Part shown: in pieces, positions 24,686 to 36,085 of the stretch
Layout of the letters: each line of letters starts with the position of its first letter
Numbering within the stretch: position 1 is the stretch's first letter
Assembly: GCA_964019335.1 (NCBI GenBank)
Contig: OZ025723.1
Location: forward strand, 402,626-466,625
Source of the DNA: Diplonema japonicum
Lineage: Eukaryota; Protista; Euglenozoa: Diplonemea
Reading direction: 5' to 3'
DNA length: 64,000 nucleotides
Notes under the pieces: model-generated
What the model saw: the letters and a program-made list of their open reading frames with translations, nothing else
Databases searched by the model: none
What the model was told of the DNA's origin: nothing
Made by a program: the position numbers and the translations under genes

Positions 24686-27677
24686 ATGGACAAAGAAGTT
24701 AAGCTTGTGAACAGGCAGTTCGACAGGTTGTGCTGGAGCAGCCCCTTGATGCTGACGGATGTCGGAGGCAACGAGAAAATGGTGCACACATCGACGGACA
24801 TGAAGCAGGGCATGGTGTATCGCACAGTTCGGGGGTGCACAGTGAAGCGGCAGGACGGTGTGGTCGTTGTAGGCGGTGCTGCACGGCAAGGTGGGGAAAT
24901 ACGCAGCATTTTCGAAGCACGAACCGAGCTTCCCGAAAGCCTGCGGAAAGCGTTGCACTCCTTCCAAAGTAGAGGGAAATGCCGCAGACGCCTCGGGCGC
25001 AGAACAGATCCTCCTGTTGTGGTAGTTTCTTGCAACGACTTCAGTACAGATGACGAGACTGCTACATTGAACAGCACACGGTCGGTGCGGTCTTTGAAGC
25101 AGATCAAGCAAGCTCAAACACCCATCACATCGCCGCCAAAGCAGGCTTCCGAGATGGTTGTCATCATGCAGCGGCAGCAAGAGCTCCTCCGCAAGATCAA
25201 GAGCAGCAGCAACGCTGATGGTATAGACGATTCCATCCAGACAGGAGACAAGCTCCTCTCGTACTACACACAGCGCGCGGCTTCAGAGGCCAGCAACGAC
25301 CTATCGCCGCGACTGCGTGCAGGCTTACCCCTGAGTCCCGCACGAGATAGCACGTTGGGAGGAATTGGGTCGCCAGTCGCATTCATTGGGAACTGCGAGC
25401 CGACACAGACAGCTGATGGCACACAAGAAGAGAAGTCCTCACATATCCCGAGCTCGTCCGTAAATTACCATCTTGTGACAGGTACTCCTGTGCTCTTTAA
25501 TTGCACAAGTGCCACGCCCGGTGGACCCGAACAGTTAATCGCGAGTCCATCAGCTAATGGTGCAGTACTTACAGGAGCGGTGAACGATTCACGTGCTTCT
25601 GCAGGTCCCTCTGGCATGCAGAAAGGCGTGATGATGCCGTCTCATCATGTCTCTCCAAGCAACGTGGGACAGATACTACCTTATTCTCTGGAACAAGAAG
25701 GGCAAACCGATGGACTGATCCAACGACCCCCGGGGGGACCATCTACACATCAAGCACTTATTCCATCCCCGGCCCTACAAGGAAGCGTACCTTCCTCCCC
25801 ACCGCCACCAAAGGGGACTCCGGCATCTGAAGTGATTCCCGAAATGAAAACGTCAGGATCGCCGCTCCCACCCCAAAGCAAGGGGCCTCCTCCTCCCCCG
25901 TCTGCACCATCTGGGGGAAACGAAATACCACCCCCCGGGATGCCGCCGCTCCCACCCCAAAGCAAGGGGCCTCCTCCTCCTCCTCCTCCGCCTGCACCAT
26001 CTGGGAGCAAAATACCACCGCCACCGTCTGGGGGAGCACCTCCACCACCTGCAGGGAAGGGGATCCCGCCTCCTCCAGGAAGCAAGGGTGCACCCCCCCC
26101 GCCACCGCCGGTTCGCAAAGGTCCCAGGATGAGAACAGTCTCGTGGAACAAGCTCACGGCACACCAAGTCGAGCGCTCGATGTGGTGCAACGTTGGGAAG
26201 GGCGAGCTGGAGAGCAGCGTTGAAACTAAACTGCGCGAGTCCTTTACAATAAATACAAAAGGCAAGAAGGTTGTGAAGAAGGAAGTAGTACAAAAGAGGG
26301 TGCTAGAAAGCAACAGGCAGCAGCAATTGGGAATTGTACTTTCTGTAGTGAAGGTCGCGCCGATGGCCCTTGTGGCCGCCATGCAGGAGCTGGACGACGA
26401 CACGCTGTGCTGCGAGAGTCTTGCAAAGATAGCAACCGTCCTACCTTCTGCAGAAGAGGAGAAGAAGTTTCAAAGGATTAATGAGGCAGAGATAGGTGAA
26501 TACTTGCCTGTGGAACAGTTTTGCTGGAATGTGCTTCGTATCGGCAATGCAAAGGCACGTTTACAGTGCTGGCTGTACTCAAGCAGACACAAGGCACTAG
26601 TCAAAGAACTGAAAAGCCTTCATGTAATGTCACTCGATGCCTGCGAGGCAGCACTGAGGAATAAAGGGCTGCAAACTATACTGTTGACAGTGTTAGCAAT
26701 GGGGAACGTATTGAACAACAACTCAGCACAGGTACACTCACCGCCCTTCACACACACCACAGGGGTCCGCATGTGGTTTCCGTTTAGGTAATTTATCTGA
26801 AACACTGAATTCGGTGAAGAGCACTGATGGCAGGACCACTTTGTTCAAGTTGCTTGTGGAGGTAGTGTGGTATCTGCACTTATTAACATCACACAGCATT
26901 TGCATGACAACGAGCAGCTAGCGGGCCTTTCCGCCTCGTTGATACCGCAGCTGGACCCAGCGACGCAGCACAGCTTACCGGAGTTCGTAGCAATGGGGAA
27001 CGAGATCAAAGAAGGAGTGGGGGCCATTACAAACATGCTTGGAAAAGGTGACAGAGCCTTTGACGAGAGGTTGACGCCCTTTGCAGAGAGCGCTGCGGAA
27101 GATGTGGCGATGATAGAAACAATGCAAAGCAAGCTGTCCGCAAAGCTAACTGAAGTAGCAGAGTGGTATGTGTAGTGTTGCATTCCATGTCAGCAGGTTT
27201 GGCGAGAGTCCGAAAGACTTCGATGACACAGGTTTTATGAAGAATGTTGTTCTGTTCTTGAGGTCCTTCGACACCCACGTCGCGGAGTACAAAGCCTGCA
27301 AAGCAAGGGCGCTAAAAAAAATGCTGCACACGTACAGTGCAGCTGCTCTGGTGGTTGCATGCATAAGCACTGGGGCGCACGAGAATGCGTACCCGTGTTG
27401 CAGCACAGCCAGCTCTGTGTCGCTGTACGACAACGTGGTGTCGAAGGACGTCCACAAGGAGGTGAACATGCTGGAGAGTGAGTTGGCTCGCTTGAGGTAC
27501 ATGAGGAAAAACATCGAAGGCATGTCATTGGCATCTGACAGCCCTCTTGAAGGGGACGAGAGAGAAGAAGAAGCCCACCTCCAAAGCATGAAGGACCAGA
27601 CTGTGGCATATCTGTGCGACGAGTGGCTTAAGTCCGTCTCGACGGAAGACCTAGAAACCATCTCACTTCCGTGCTGA
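24686..27677 (+). CDS. Formin (FH1 polyproline + FH2)
   Basis: Polyproline FH1, MRTVSWNKL, VLAMGNVLN. Introns 26732-26762, 26862-26896 and 27166-27196 restore GSACGFRL..VKSTDGRTTL and WFGESP. Confidence 0.9.
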
Positions 27678-27754
27678 TTTTCTTACACGCCTTTCGATAA
27701 GTTAGATGAGTAGAGTTTTCATTATTCCCCCTCCTTCACAAAAGCTCACACAGG

Positions 27755-29881
27755 ATGGGTATGACAGCCACTCGACCTGCAAGTGGTGTGTCGAATCACA
27801 AGGCAGTGGCAATATGTACTCTGCTGAGCAGTGCCCTGACTGCTGGATTGAGTGGCGCCATAGTCTACAAAGCATCAGCCGATGAGATAGTTATCGCACT
27901 GGCTGTCCTGCAGCTCGTTGTCACCGCGGCTTTCACGGTAATCCCTGCGATGTACATTTTGTCGCAGTTTAAGGCCTCTTTGGTAGGTTTTAATGAGACG
28001 TGGCAGCTCGTTAGCGCACTGCAGATACGCGACGCAAGTGATTCGTGGAACAGCTTCATCACCAGGAACCCCCCTCCGGAAGAACTCGATATGTCAGCCA
28101 AAGCGATGAAGGAGGCACTCTTTGCACTTCTAAGAATCGCTAGGCACATACCACGGGCAGCGATTGAAGAACAGGGCGTTGCATCAGAGTACTCTGACGG
28201 AGGGATAGAGAAGCAGCCCAGCAGCACCCAGTTCGTCGACCTCGGGGACTACCCATACTCACCCCATGCTGTCCCGCAAGTGCAGCCTGACTGGGATGGC
28301 GACGCACACACGCAAATCTCCAGGACGGTTTCACACCACACACTCCACCATGTCCTCTCCCAGGGTGCCCTCTTGGCCTCGACTCAGGAAGATTCCGAAG
28401 AAGTGTGTGACGAAGAATCTGAAGAAGATGCAGGAACAGACGAAGAAGGGGGGAGCCACAGTAGTTCCTCGGGAATGTCGGGCAGAAAGCCCAGCCAAAC
28501 AAAGTCGCACAAATCAGCCTCAACACCTACCGCCGAAGACACCGCACAGAGCCCCCCCTCGTCGATGAGGGGCCTCACCACAGTCATCGCAGCGAAGAAT
28601 GTCTTCCTGCGTGCCGGTAAAATACCGTGCTCCGAGCTCACGGCAAGACGTGTTACGACAGAGGTCATTTTAAACACGAAAGGCTTCAATGAGTTCTCCA
28701 GAAGCTACGAGCTGGAAACAGTCATGAAATTCCACAGCAGATGGCTTGAGGCGTGTATCACGGACGCCAAGAAAGACTTTGCCTTTGTGGAACGATTCAT
28801 CGGTGACGAGGTGCAGGTGAACTTCGGCGGCTTTGTCCAATGTAGCGTGCCCGGACAAAAGGCAGGGAGATATCTGCTGAAGGTTCGCGAGCGACTCGAG
28901 CAGCTTCACCAGTCAGGGGATGCCGATCTAGGAGGCGATAACATGCCTGCCACGTATATGGGGGCTGCGCAAGGCCCAGCCATTTGTGGCAATCTAGGTT
29001 GGGAGAACGTGAAAGGCACTGCCGTGTTGGGGAGGATTGTCGGGGGAGCAAAAGCGTTGCAAGCCGTGGCAAGAGATACGGGGTTTGACATCATCGTGGA
29101 CAGGAGGATCTCAGATGAGTGCCAAGGTCATATCTCGTCAGTCCCTGTTGATGTCATCCAGGTGGGTGTCGACGGTACCCCGCAGGAGGTGTGCTACCTC
29201 ATTGGAAGAGTGGGCGCCGAGCAGAACGAGTGGCTCTACAGCATCACGACGGATGTGAACTACGACAGGGCATGGAAGATCCTTAGAAACGGTGACGTGG
29301 CTTATGCTGCGGAGCTGCTTACTCAGTATGTGCAACAGTCGCGGAACCACACTGCTGCTTTGGTGTGCGCCAGGATACAGCGGTTTGTCGCAGAAGTGAA
29401 ACGGGCGACAGGGGAACCCCCGAAGGAGTACTGCAGGACGGTTCGGATGATGACCTTCACACCGCGGCCACTCTTGTCAAGAATACCAAGAGCTAGCATA
29501 GCAAACACACAGATAGTGCTCCCGATACCAAGGGGTGGCACGCCGAACGCCCCCAACCCTGCCTTCCACGCGAATCGAAGAAGGAAAGCATCTATCACAT
29601 CCCCGCCAAATCTCGTCTCCCCACGCGCGCAGTTCGCGTCCTCGAAGACTGCCAGCAAAGGCTCCCTTGATGCTAGTTCCCCAACTGCGCTCACGTCAAA
29701 TCCTTCACCCGTATTGCAGTACCGTCTGGCTGCGTATCGATTGGGCAGCTCGCCAACTAGTAACCCTTTAGGTATGTGTCGTGTGGAGAGTGCGAAAACA
29801 AAGAACCTACATACAGATAAATCGGAAAGCTCCTGCGTGGAGACCGCTGCGGTTGACAAGGATGAGGTGCTCACTCCATAA
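27755..29881 (+). CDS. Membrane class III nucleotide cyclase-like protein (degenerate active site)
   Basis: Two N-terminal TM segments; VERFIGDEVQVNFG, GAAQGPAICGNLG, AVLGRIVGGAKALQ follow the class III cyclase pattern. Confidence 0.75.
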   Translation: MGMTATRPASGVSNHKAVAICTLLSSALTAGLSGAIVYKASADEIVIALAVLQLVVTAAFTVIPAMYILSQFKASLVGFNETWQLVSALQIRDASDSWNSFITRNPPPEELDMSAKAMKEALFALLRIARHIPRAAIEEQGVASEYSDGGIEKQPSSTQFVDLGDYPYSPHAVPQVQPDWDGDAHTQISRTVSHHTLHHVLSQGALLASTQEDSEEVCDEESEEDAGTDEEGGSHSSSSGMSGRKPSQTKSHKSASTPTAEDTAQSPPSSMRGLTTVIAAKNVFLRAGKIPCSELTARRVTTEVILNTKGFNEFSRSYELETVMKFHSRWLEACITDAKKDFAFVERFIGDEVQVNFGGFVQCSVPGQKAGRYLLKVRERLEQLHQSGDADLGGDNMPATYMGAAQGPAICGNLGWENVKGTAVLGRIVGGAKALQAVARDTGFDIIVDRRISDECQGHISSVPVDVIQVGVDGTPQEVCYLIGRVGAEQNEWLYSITTDVNYDRAWKILRNGDVAYAAELLTQYVQQSRNHTAALVCARIQRFVAEVKRATGEPPKEYCRTVRMMTFTPRPLLSRIPRASIANTQIVLPIPRGGTPNAPNPAFHANRRRKASITSPPNLVSPRAQFASSKTASKGSLDASSPTALTSNPSPVLQYRLAAYRLGSSPTSNPLGMCRVESAKTKNLHTDKSESSCVETAAVDKDEVLTP

Positions 29882-31557
29882 TACAAGGCTTGAGGCACAA
29901 AGAGGAAAAAAAGAAAAGATAGTACACAGGGGGTGTTATCTCCGTTCTGGTTCGTTTTAGTTCCCCCTTTCACTTCTGTTCATCAGGTTGCTGTTTAAAA
30001 GAAACGGTCAAGCCGTCGGCAACCAGTTATTTAGAAATAAGAAAAGAAGAAGAAAAAAAAAAGGAAAAGAGCCAGCATGATTTCTTGTTGTTTTTATCAA
30101 GATAAAGTTGGTACTCCTCACGACTTGACCCTTTAACTAGGACGAACTGCCATCACCCCCCAGATGTAGACCAAGCAGTGAATGTGTGTAAACTACCTAA
30201 AAATCTATTGATCTTTTTTTCGTCCCGATAAACTCAGCTCCCTGTGGGGCTATTCAAGTTATATATCCCTTGGTCGTTCTGTGCTAAAAAGAAAACAGCA
30301 ACACAATTAACAAAAGTAAAAAAAAGAAATAAGAAAAAAGAAAAAGGAAAAGAAATGATAAGATCAATCTAATAAATAGAAGAAAGAAAATAAGGGTTTA
30401 GAGAGTATCTTTTGGTGTGCCAAAGAACAGCGAAAGAGGGAGGGTAAAGGAAAAAAACATAATTTTTTCCTCTTTCTCTCTTTTTTTTTTATAGGTGGTG
30501 GGGATAACATGGAAATATAAGAAGTACATCAGATGTGTCGTTCGCTGTTGACCTCCTCGTCGGTCATCACCGGTAGCGCCCGAGTGGAAGAACGTAACGC
30601 AGATGCTCAGGGTGACGAACAGGCAGCAAACTGCACGAGCGCAGAATCTTGGTTACCCGGGACGCCCCGGCTAGGGTTGAGCACACCGCACGCATTAAGG
30701 ACACGACGCGGAACGCAGAGAAGCTACTGCTCGGTCGAGGAACGCCCCCTGTAATCAAGTAGGTAGTTCGTGCTTCATTGCACGCTTAACGCCACCTAGT
30801 GTTGCAATCAAAGCCCCATTTTTTTTTTCTTTCTCTCAGATATTTGAGCTTCAAGGAGCAGTTAGAAAAGAAGAAACAAAAAAAAAAAGACCAACAAAAA
30901 AAAAAAAAGAAAGAAAAAGAAAATCGCTATCCTCTTCCCATTCATTTCATTATTTTTTAACCCTCAAAATAATTTGAAGGGAAATGTATTCAAATGTTGC
31001 AGGTCTAATTTCCGACAGTGGTTGTTGTGCTTAGACTCTTTACATCTTCATTTTCCTTTTTCATAGTTTTGATTATGTTTCAAGGCGTGCCGCCTTCCCC
31101 CGTAAATACAATTGTGGCCCAGAGTGGCCACAGGAGTGCTTCGGTTGCTTGCTTTCTTCCCCGCTTCGAAAGGCTGTTGTGCGTGGTCCCATGCCCCCCG
31201 TGCCCTCTCCCTGCAAGGTTGCGGTTAATCGGTTCTGTTTTTTACCTATAAGAAATCTATTGATGAAAGTGCCCCTCCCCGCCCCTTCCTAGCTCCTTCA
31301 AAGAGCTACATATGTTATGTCATATCCGGTACCAACTTGCTGTCAATAGCCACCCCACCTTTTCCTGCAGTAGTTTCCCCACTCCTTTCAAGAGCCTTCG
31401 TTTGTTATTGTTTACTATGACTATTCTTTGGGTGCACCACCCCTTTTCCCCCCCTTTTCCTCTTTGTTGATTTGTCGCAGCTCAGTTAAGTGTTTTTTTT
31501 TTTGTCTCAATTCTTTTTCGTTTCCGGAGAATCATTACCCACTACCCACACCTAGGC

Positions 31558-32562
31558 ATGACCAACATAAAGACCCTTTCAAGGTCTTTTTCAAAAGGGC
31601 TGGAAGCATGCATTAGTGGAAAAGGGAATGTGGTGGTGCTCGTTGGAGAGGGAGCAGCACGAGAAGCAGGAGTGGGGAAGCCAAAGGACTGGATGATCGG
31701 GGACACGAGATATGCAGCAGACATATTGCGAACGGAAGTGAGTTTTAAGAGGATGTGGTGGGAGGTGTGGGCGTGGTACGCAGCGAGGGCTGCAATAGCC
31801 TTGCATGCTGAGCCGTGCAGCGCACAACACGGTGTGGTGGACCTTCTAGTGCTGTTGGGGAGGATTTGTACAGCAGTCAGCCTCACTTCCGATGGCCTTC
31901 TGAGGAGAGCAGCTGTGGATGCCGTGGACAACGGGTGCTCCCTGATGTCCTCGCAGGTGGTTGAGACGCAGGGCAACATTACAACCATGAGGTGCAACAA
32001 CCCGCAGTCGCCACACCCGCATGAAGAATTTCCACTACCTGAACTGGATTCCATACCAGACTGGAAGGACTTCACAAAACGAAAACTATCACAAGAGGAA
32101 TCCGAGCTCCTGCGGTGTCCGCTGTGCATGTCGCCAGCCAAGCCGTCCGAACCCTTTCATGACGCGCCTCAAACTACTTTAGCTGCGTCGCAGTACTTTC
32201 CGTACCTCGCCACAAACACACGCTTGTTGCTGCTGTTGGGGTGCGACAACAGCGCCGACGACCCGTTCCAGCAGTCGATCATCAAATCCACTTATGACAA
32301 CGACGGCTGGGTGCTGCGTGCAGGGTCGCCTGCCAAAAAGGCTGCTGGCGATGTAGCTAATGCTTTGGGGCAGACTGGGATCCGTGCAAAGGACGGTGTT
32401 CAATACACCCCCACGCAAGTTATCACTGACGTTCAGGGAATTGAAGAAAAGCAAGAGGCCGTGCACCTTGGTCTGCTGATGTCAGCACTCGTCGACGTGG
32501 CCGAGGAAGTCGTTGCGGCTCAGGGCAAAATGCCTCAGGTATATCATAGAATGTGTATCTAA
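31558..32562 (+). CDS. Sirtuin (Sir2)-fold protein, catalytic residues substituted
   Basis: VVVLVGEGAAREAGV, SLTSDGLLRRA, VVETQGNITTMRC, RCPLCMSPAKP and LLLLLGC follow the order of the Sir2 motifs. Confidence 0.7.
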   Translation: MTNIKTLSRSFSKGLEACISGKGNVVVLVGEGAAREAGVGKPKDWMIGDTRYAADILRTEVSFKRMWWEVWAWYAARAAIALHAEPCSAQHGVVDLLVLLGRICTAVSLTSDGLLRRAAVDAVDNGCSLMSSQVVETQGNITTMRCNNPQSPHPHEEFPLPELDSIPDWKDFTKRKLSQEESELLRCPLCMSPAKPSEPFHDAPQTTLAASQYFPYLATNTRLLLLLGCDNSADDPFQQSIIKSTYDNDGWVLRAGSPAKKAAGDVANALGQTGIRAKDGVQYTPTQVITDVQGIEEKQEAVHLGLLMSALVDVAEEVVAAQGKMPQVYHRMCI

Positions 32563-32611
32563 GTAGTATTTTTTAAAATGTTTCTTGCGTGTCTTAACTC
32601 CTCAGGTTCCT

Positions 32612-33745
32612 ATGTCAAGATGCGTGCTACGTGTGCAGAAGAGGTTTTCCAGCTGGGGATACGCACCATCGTCATTTGACTTGGGGCCCAGGAAGCTGCC
32701 TGACGGCATGCTTGACAAGGATGTGGCAGACTTCTTGCGGTGGACATTGGGAACGGTGCAGCACGTGCGTGTAGGTCAGCAGAGGAGTGCGGCACTGGCT
32801 GCGGCGTTGAAAGCGGAGTTGAAGCGCTTGCGAGATGCGAACTACGAGACAGGACCACAGGCATACACGCAAGCTATAACGCTCCTCGCAAGATGGGGCA
32901 GGACCGCAGAAGCAAGAGCCTTGCTTGAGGAAATGAAGTCGAGGGGCTTGGTGATCAATGCAGAGCCTTATGAGGAGCTGATGAAAGGCCATGCCATGTG
33001 CGGCGACCTTCATGGGATTCAGCAGGTGCTGCGGGAGATGAACCAGGGGGGATGGGCAATCACGAAGCAGGCCTATAACTACCTTTTGATGGGGTTCTCA
33101 AAAAGAGGTGAGCAGTCACACGCCATTAAAATGTTAGAAGCCATGAAAGAGTCAGGCCTGCAGCCCGACAGGATGTCGTACCACTGGGCCATCATGGCAT
33201 GCAACAACTACACGGCCGCTCGGAAGATCTTCGACGACATGGTGGCAAGGGGCATACAGTACAATGACCAAACCTTCTCGGCGCTACTCAAGACGTGTAT
33301 GAAGGCTGGGGATGCAAAGAACGGGATGACCATCTTGATGGAGAGCATCGAGGACGGGTTGAAACCCTCGAGCACTGTCTTCAACCAGGTGATGAGGTTG
33401 CACCTCAAGCCGTTGGACATGAATGCCGTGGCTGTCATCTATCGTAAGATGCGTGACATTGGCATGATGCCTGACTTCGTTACATATTGCATCTTCGTAC
33501 GCGCGTGCAAGCTAGAATGCCGTGGGGGTGTCAAAGTCGATGCCAGGAGCATTGCACTGGCGGAGGCAGGCTTGGAGCAGGCAAGGAGGGACGGCTGTGA
33601 TCATCGTGAGGTGTACCGCGAGTTGCTATCACTCTACAACAAAGTTGGAGACAGGAAGAAAGCTGAAGACATCGCCACCCTGATGCTTAAGGCACTCCCT
33701 GGCGATAACAGGCAGGTCGATGTGGCACCAACTGTGTGGGCGTGA
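32612..33745 (+). CDS. PPR protein, probably mitochondrial
   Basis: Multiple PPR repeats (QPDRMSYHWAIMAC, KPSSTVFNQVM, MPDFVTYCIFV); presequence MSRCVLRVQKRFSS. Confidence 0.88.
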   Translation: MSRCVLRVQKRFSSWGYAPSSFDLGPRKLPDGMLDKDVADFLRWTLGTVQHVRVGQQRSAALAAALKAELKRLRDANYETGPQAYTQAITLLARWGRTAEARALLEEMKSRGLVINAEPYEELMKGHAMCGDLHGIQQVLREMNQGGWAITKQAYNYLLMGFSKRGEQSHAIKMLEAMKESGLQPDRMSYHWAIMACNNYTAARKIFDDMVARGIQYNDQTFSALLKTCMKAGDAKNGMTILMESIEDGLKPSSTVFNQVMRLHLKPLDMNAVAVIYRKMRDIGMMPDFVTYCIFVRACKLECRGGVKVDARSIALAEAGLEQARRDGCDHREVYRELLSLYNKVGDRKKAEDIATLMLKALPGDNRQVDVAPTVWA

Positions 33746-33813
33746 ATCTCATAACCAGTGGTGCCAAATTCAGTATTGTTGCAATGCTCCCTCACATATA
33801 TTCAGGATACACT

Positions 33814-36036
33814 ATGTACAATAGCCAATGGCCAAAGAGGAAGGTATTAAAAAAACGGGCGCCGAAGCTCCAATTCGTCGGTGAGCTTGCCCTGAATAAG
33901 ATCGTCTTAGAAGAGCAGGATGGAGTCATAAGGGGTCTGAAGGCACTGGTTTCTGACCAGCACCGCAATGGACTGGCAGGCATGCTGACAGAAGAAGAAG
34001 TGTCGGAGCGCCGCATGTTAGAGAGACAGGAGGGCAGCAGCTGGTGTGCATTGTTACTGCAGTTCGGGCATGATGGAATTGCGACCGAGGCTGCTAACGA
34101 GAGACAGAAGGGCGCTGAAGCATTACGGAAAGAAAGAATAAAATACGAGAAGCAAGCAAAGGAGGAGCAATCCGAACATCGGAAGGCCTTGAGGGACAAA
34201 GACAGAGAGGAGAGGGAAGATCTACAGCGCATGGTGTACAATGAGCGCAGCACGTGGTTAGAATGGCGTGCCAATGCGGAACACACGTGGCGGGAACAGC
34301 TGCACACGTTGGAGGATCAGCTGCGGCACGCTAATATGGTAGACGACACAGCACAACAACGCATGGAGTTCGAGAATAAAAAGCTCAAACAGCAGCTAGT
34401 TGACGCTAAGGCGCATGCCGTGACACTCGAGACGCAGCTTAGCACTTGTGAGGCAACGATGCGGTCACATGAAGCATTCAGGACCAAAGCCACGCAGATG
34501 CAGGTGGAAGTTGAGAGCATGCGAAGCGAGCTGACGATTGCACGTACCGAGAAGGAAGCAATGTATAAAAGGTTGGTGGACGGCGAAATGTCACACTCTG
34601 CTGAGACGGCACGGCTCCAAGCAGACGTTGTGCGGCAGCAGGAACTGATAGCACCGCTGCAGACCGAGATCACGAGGCTTAAACTAAGCGCTTCTCAAAC
34701 TGCCGCAAAAAAAGATGCTGCTATAGAGCTTGAAAGGGGTAATAGTAATTTGCGAGCAGATCTGATGAGCAAGGCCGCCGAGGTGGCAGCTCTGCAGACA
34801 CGAGTAGGACAGCTAGAGGCCGACTTACATCAAAAGACTCTCGAGTGCATCAGCTTCGAGGAGCAGACAATGCGTTTAACTCAGCGGGGGGTAACAATAA
34901 ACGAGGAGCTTCAGCGCGTGAAAAGCGTAAACACGCATATCGCAGCAGAGATGCAGCATAAAGACCTTGAATTTGAGAGGTTGCGCAGCAACGATGTACA
35001 GTTGAAGCAGGCTTTGCAGAACAAAGAGCTAGAGGCGGACACCTTGAAGCACATCATATTGAAAAATGAAGAGCTCTCTAATGCCCTCAACATGCATGCT
35101 CACAGGCACACGCCCTCAACAGAAGCTGTCAAGTTGCAAACTCCCATTACTACACCCGCAAGGGCAGATGTACCAGAAGAACCAGCACGGCCTATAACAC
35201 GGGTCATGCAGATGTCTACCCCAATCTCTGCGTCTGCCAACCCCATCGTGACCCCGACTCCTACTTCTGCATACCCTGCTTACAGAGAGCCGCCCCACCC
35301 GGTAGGTGAAGAGCAGACACCACAGCAAAAGGGGACAGCCAAAGAACGGGAAAGGGGCGTCCTGTCTTCCATCAAGAAGAAGTTCTCTAAGTCCGTTGAC
35401 CGAGGTGCCGCGGTAGAAAAATGGACAAAAAAGGAGACTGCTGCAAGAAAGCTGGTGGAGGAAAAGGAACATAGCTCTTTCAAGAAAAAACAAAGCAAGG
35501 AGAAAAAGGCACGGGCAGCAGTGGTGAAACAAGTGAAGAAGAACAAAGGGAAATCAGTTGCTGTGACTATGCCGCTACCAACAAGTGACCAACGTGAGCC
35601 TGGGATGGAACCTGAGGAGGTGTCGATGGGGTCAAACTCGCCGCAAGGGTTAGCTCGGATGTCGTCGTTGGGGTCCTGTGTGTCTGTGGGTGACTCAGTG
35701 CGGCAGATAGACTTCATGGACGACAAGAGCAACGAGGGGGGAACAGGTACTCTTTTCAGCTCGAAACTAGAAGGCATACTAGGCAAACCATCACCCGCAG
35801 CCGCTCCAGCTCCTGCACCTGCACCTGCCCCCCTCAACGACATCGGCTCACCGCAGAGCGACAGCACCCTTACACTTGACAGCATCGAAGGTTCTCCCGC
35901 TTCGTCACCTGTTGCAAAGGCTCAGGGCAGCAGGGCCGCTTTGCCCCCGACACCCTCCCCCTCTTCAACAGCCTCGCCTAGGATCGTCTCCCCGCACAAG
36001 GGACCTGTTAGACATCACTTTGATGACAGTGAGTAG
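33814..36036 (+). CDS. Long coiled-coil protein
   Basis: Extended heptad region followed by a Pro/Ser-rich tail. Confidence 0.65.
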   Translation: MYNSQWPKRKVLKKRAPKLQFVGELALNKIVLEEQDGVIRGLKALVSDQHRNGLAGMLTEEEVSERRMLERQEGSSWCALLLQFGHDGIATEAANERQKGAEALRKERIKYEKQAKEEQSEHRKALRDKDREEREDLQRMVYNERSTWLEWRANAEHTWREQLHTLEDQLRHANMVDDTAQQRMEFENKKLKQQLVDAKAHAVTLETQLSTCEATMRSHEAFRTKATQMQVEVESMRSELTIARTEKEAMYKRLVDGEMSHSAETARLQADVVRQQELIAPLQTEITRLKLSASQTAAKKDAAIELERGNSNLRADLMSKAAEVAALQTRVGQLEADLHQKTLECISFEEQTMRLTQRGVTINEELQRVKSVNTHIAAEMQHKDLEFERLRSNDVQLKQALQNKELEADTLKHIILKNEELSNALNMHAHRHTPSTEAVKLQTPITTPARADVPEEPARPITRVMQMSTPISASANPIVTPTPTSAYPAYREPPHPVGEEQTPQQKGTAKERERGVLSSIKKKFSKSVDRGAAVEKWTKKETAARKLVEEKEHSSFKKKQSKEKKARAAVVKQVKKNKGKSVAVTMPLPTSDQREPGMEPEEVSMGSNSPQGLARMSSLGSCVSVGDSVRQIDFMDDKSNEGGTGTLFSSKLEGILGKPSPAAAPAPAPAPAPLNDIGSPQSDSTLTLDSIEGSPASSPVAKAQGSRAALPPTPSPSSTASPRIVSPHKGPVRHHFDDSE

Positions 36037-36085
36037 ACTTGTTATTCCACTTTGTAGCACAACCCATTACATCTACAGGAATGAA

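Noticed and set aside
30533-30754. 73-aa ORF or ncRNA in a GC-richer island
   Set aside because: No recognisable motif or convincing structure; insufficient support.
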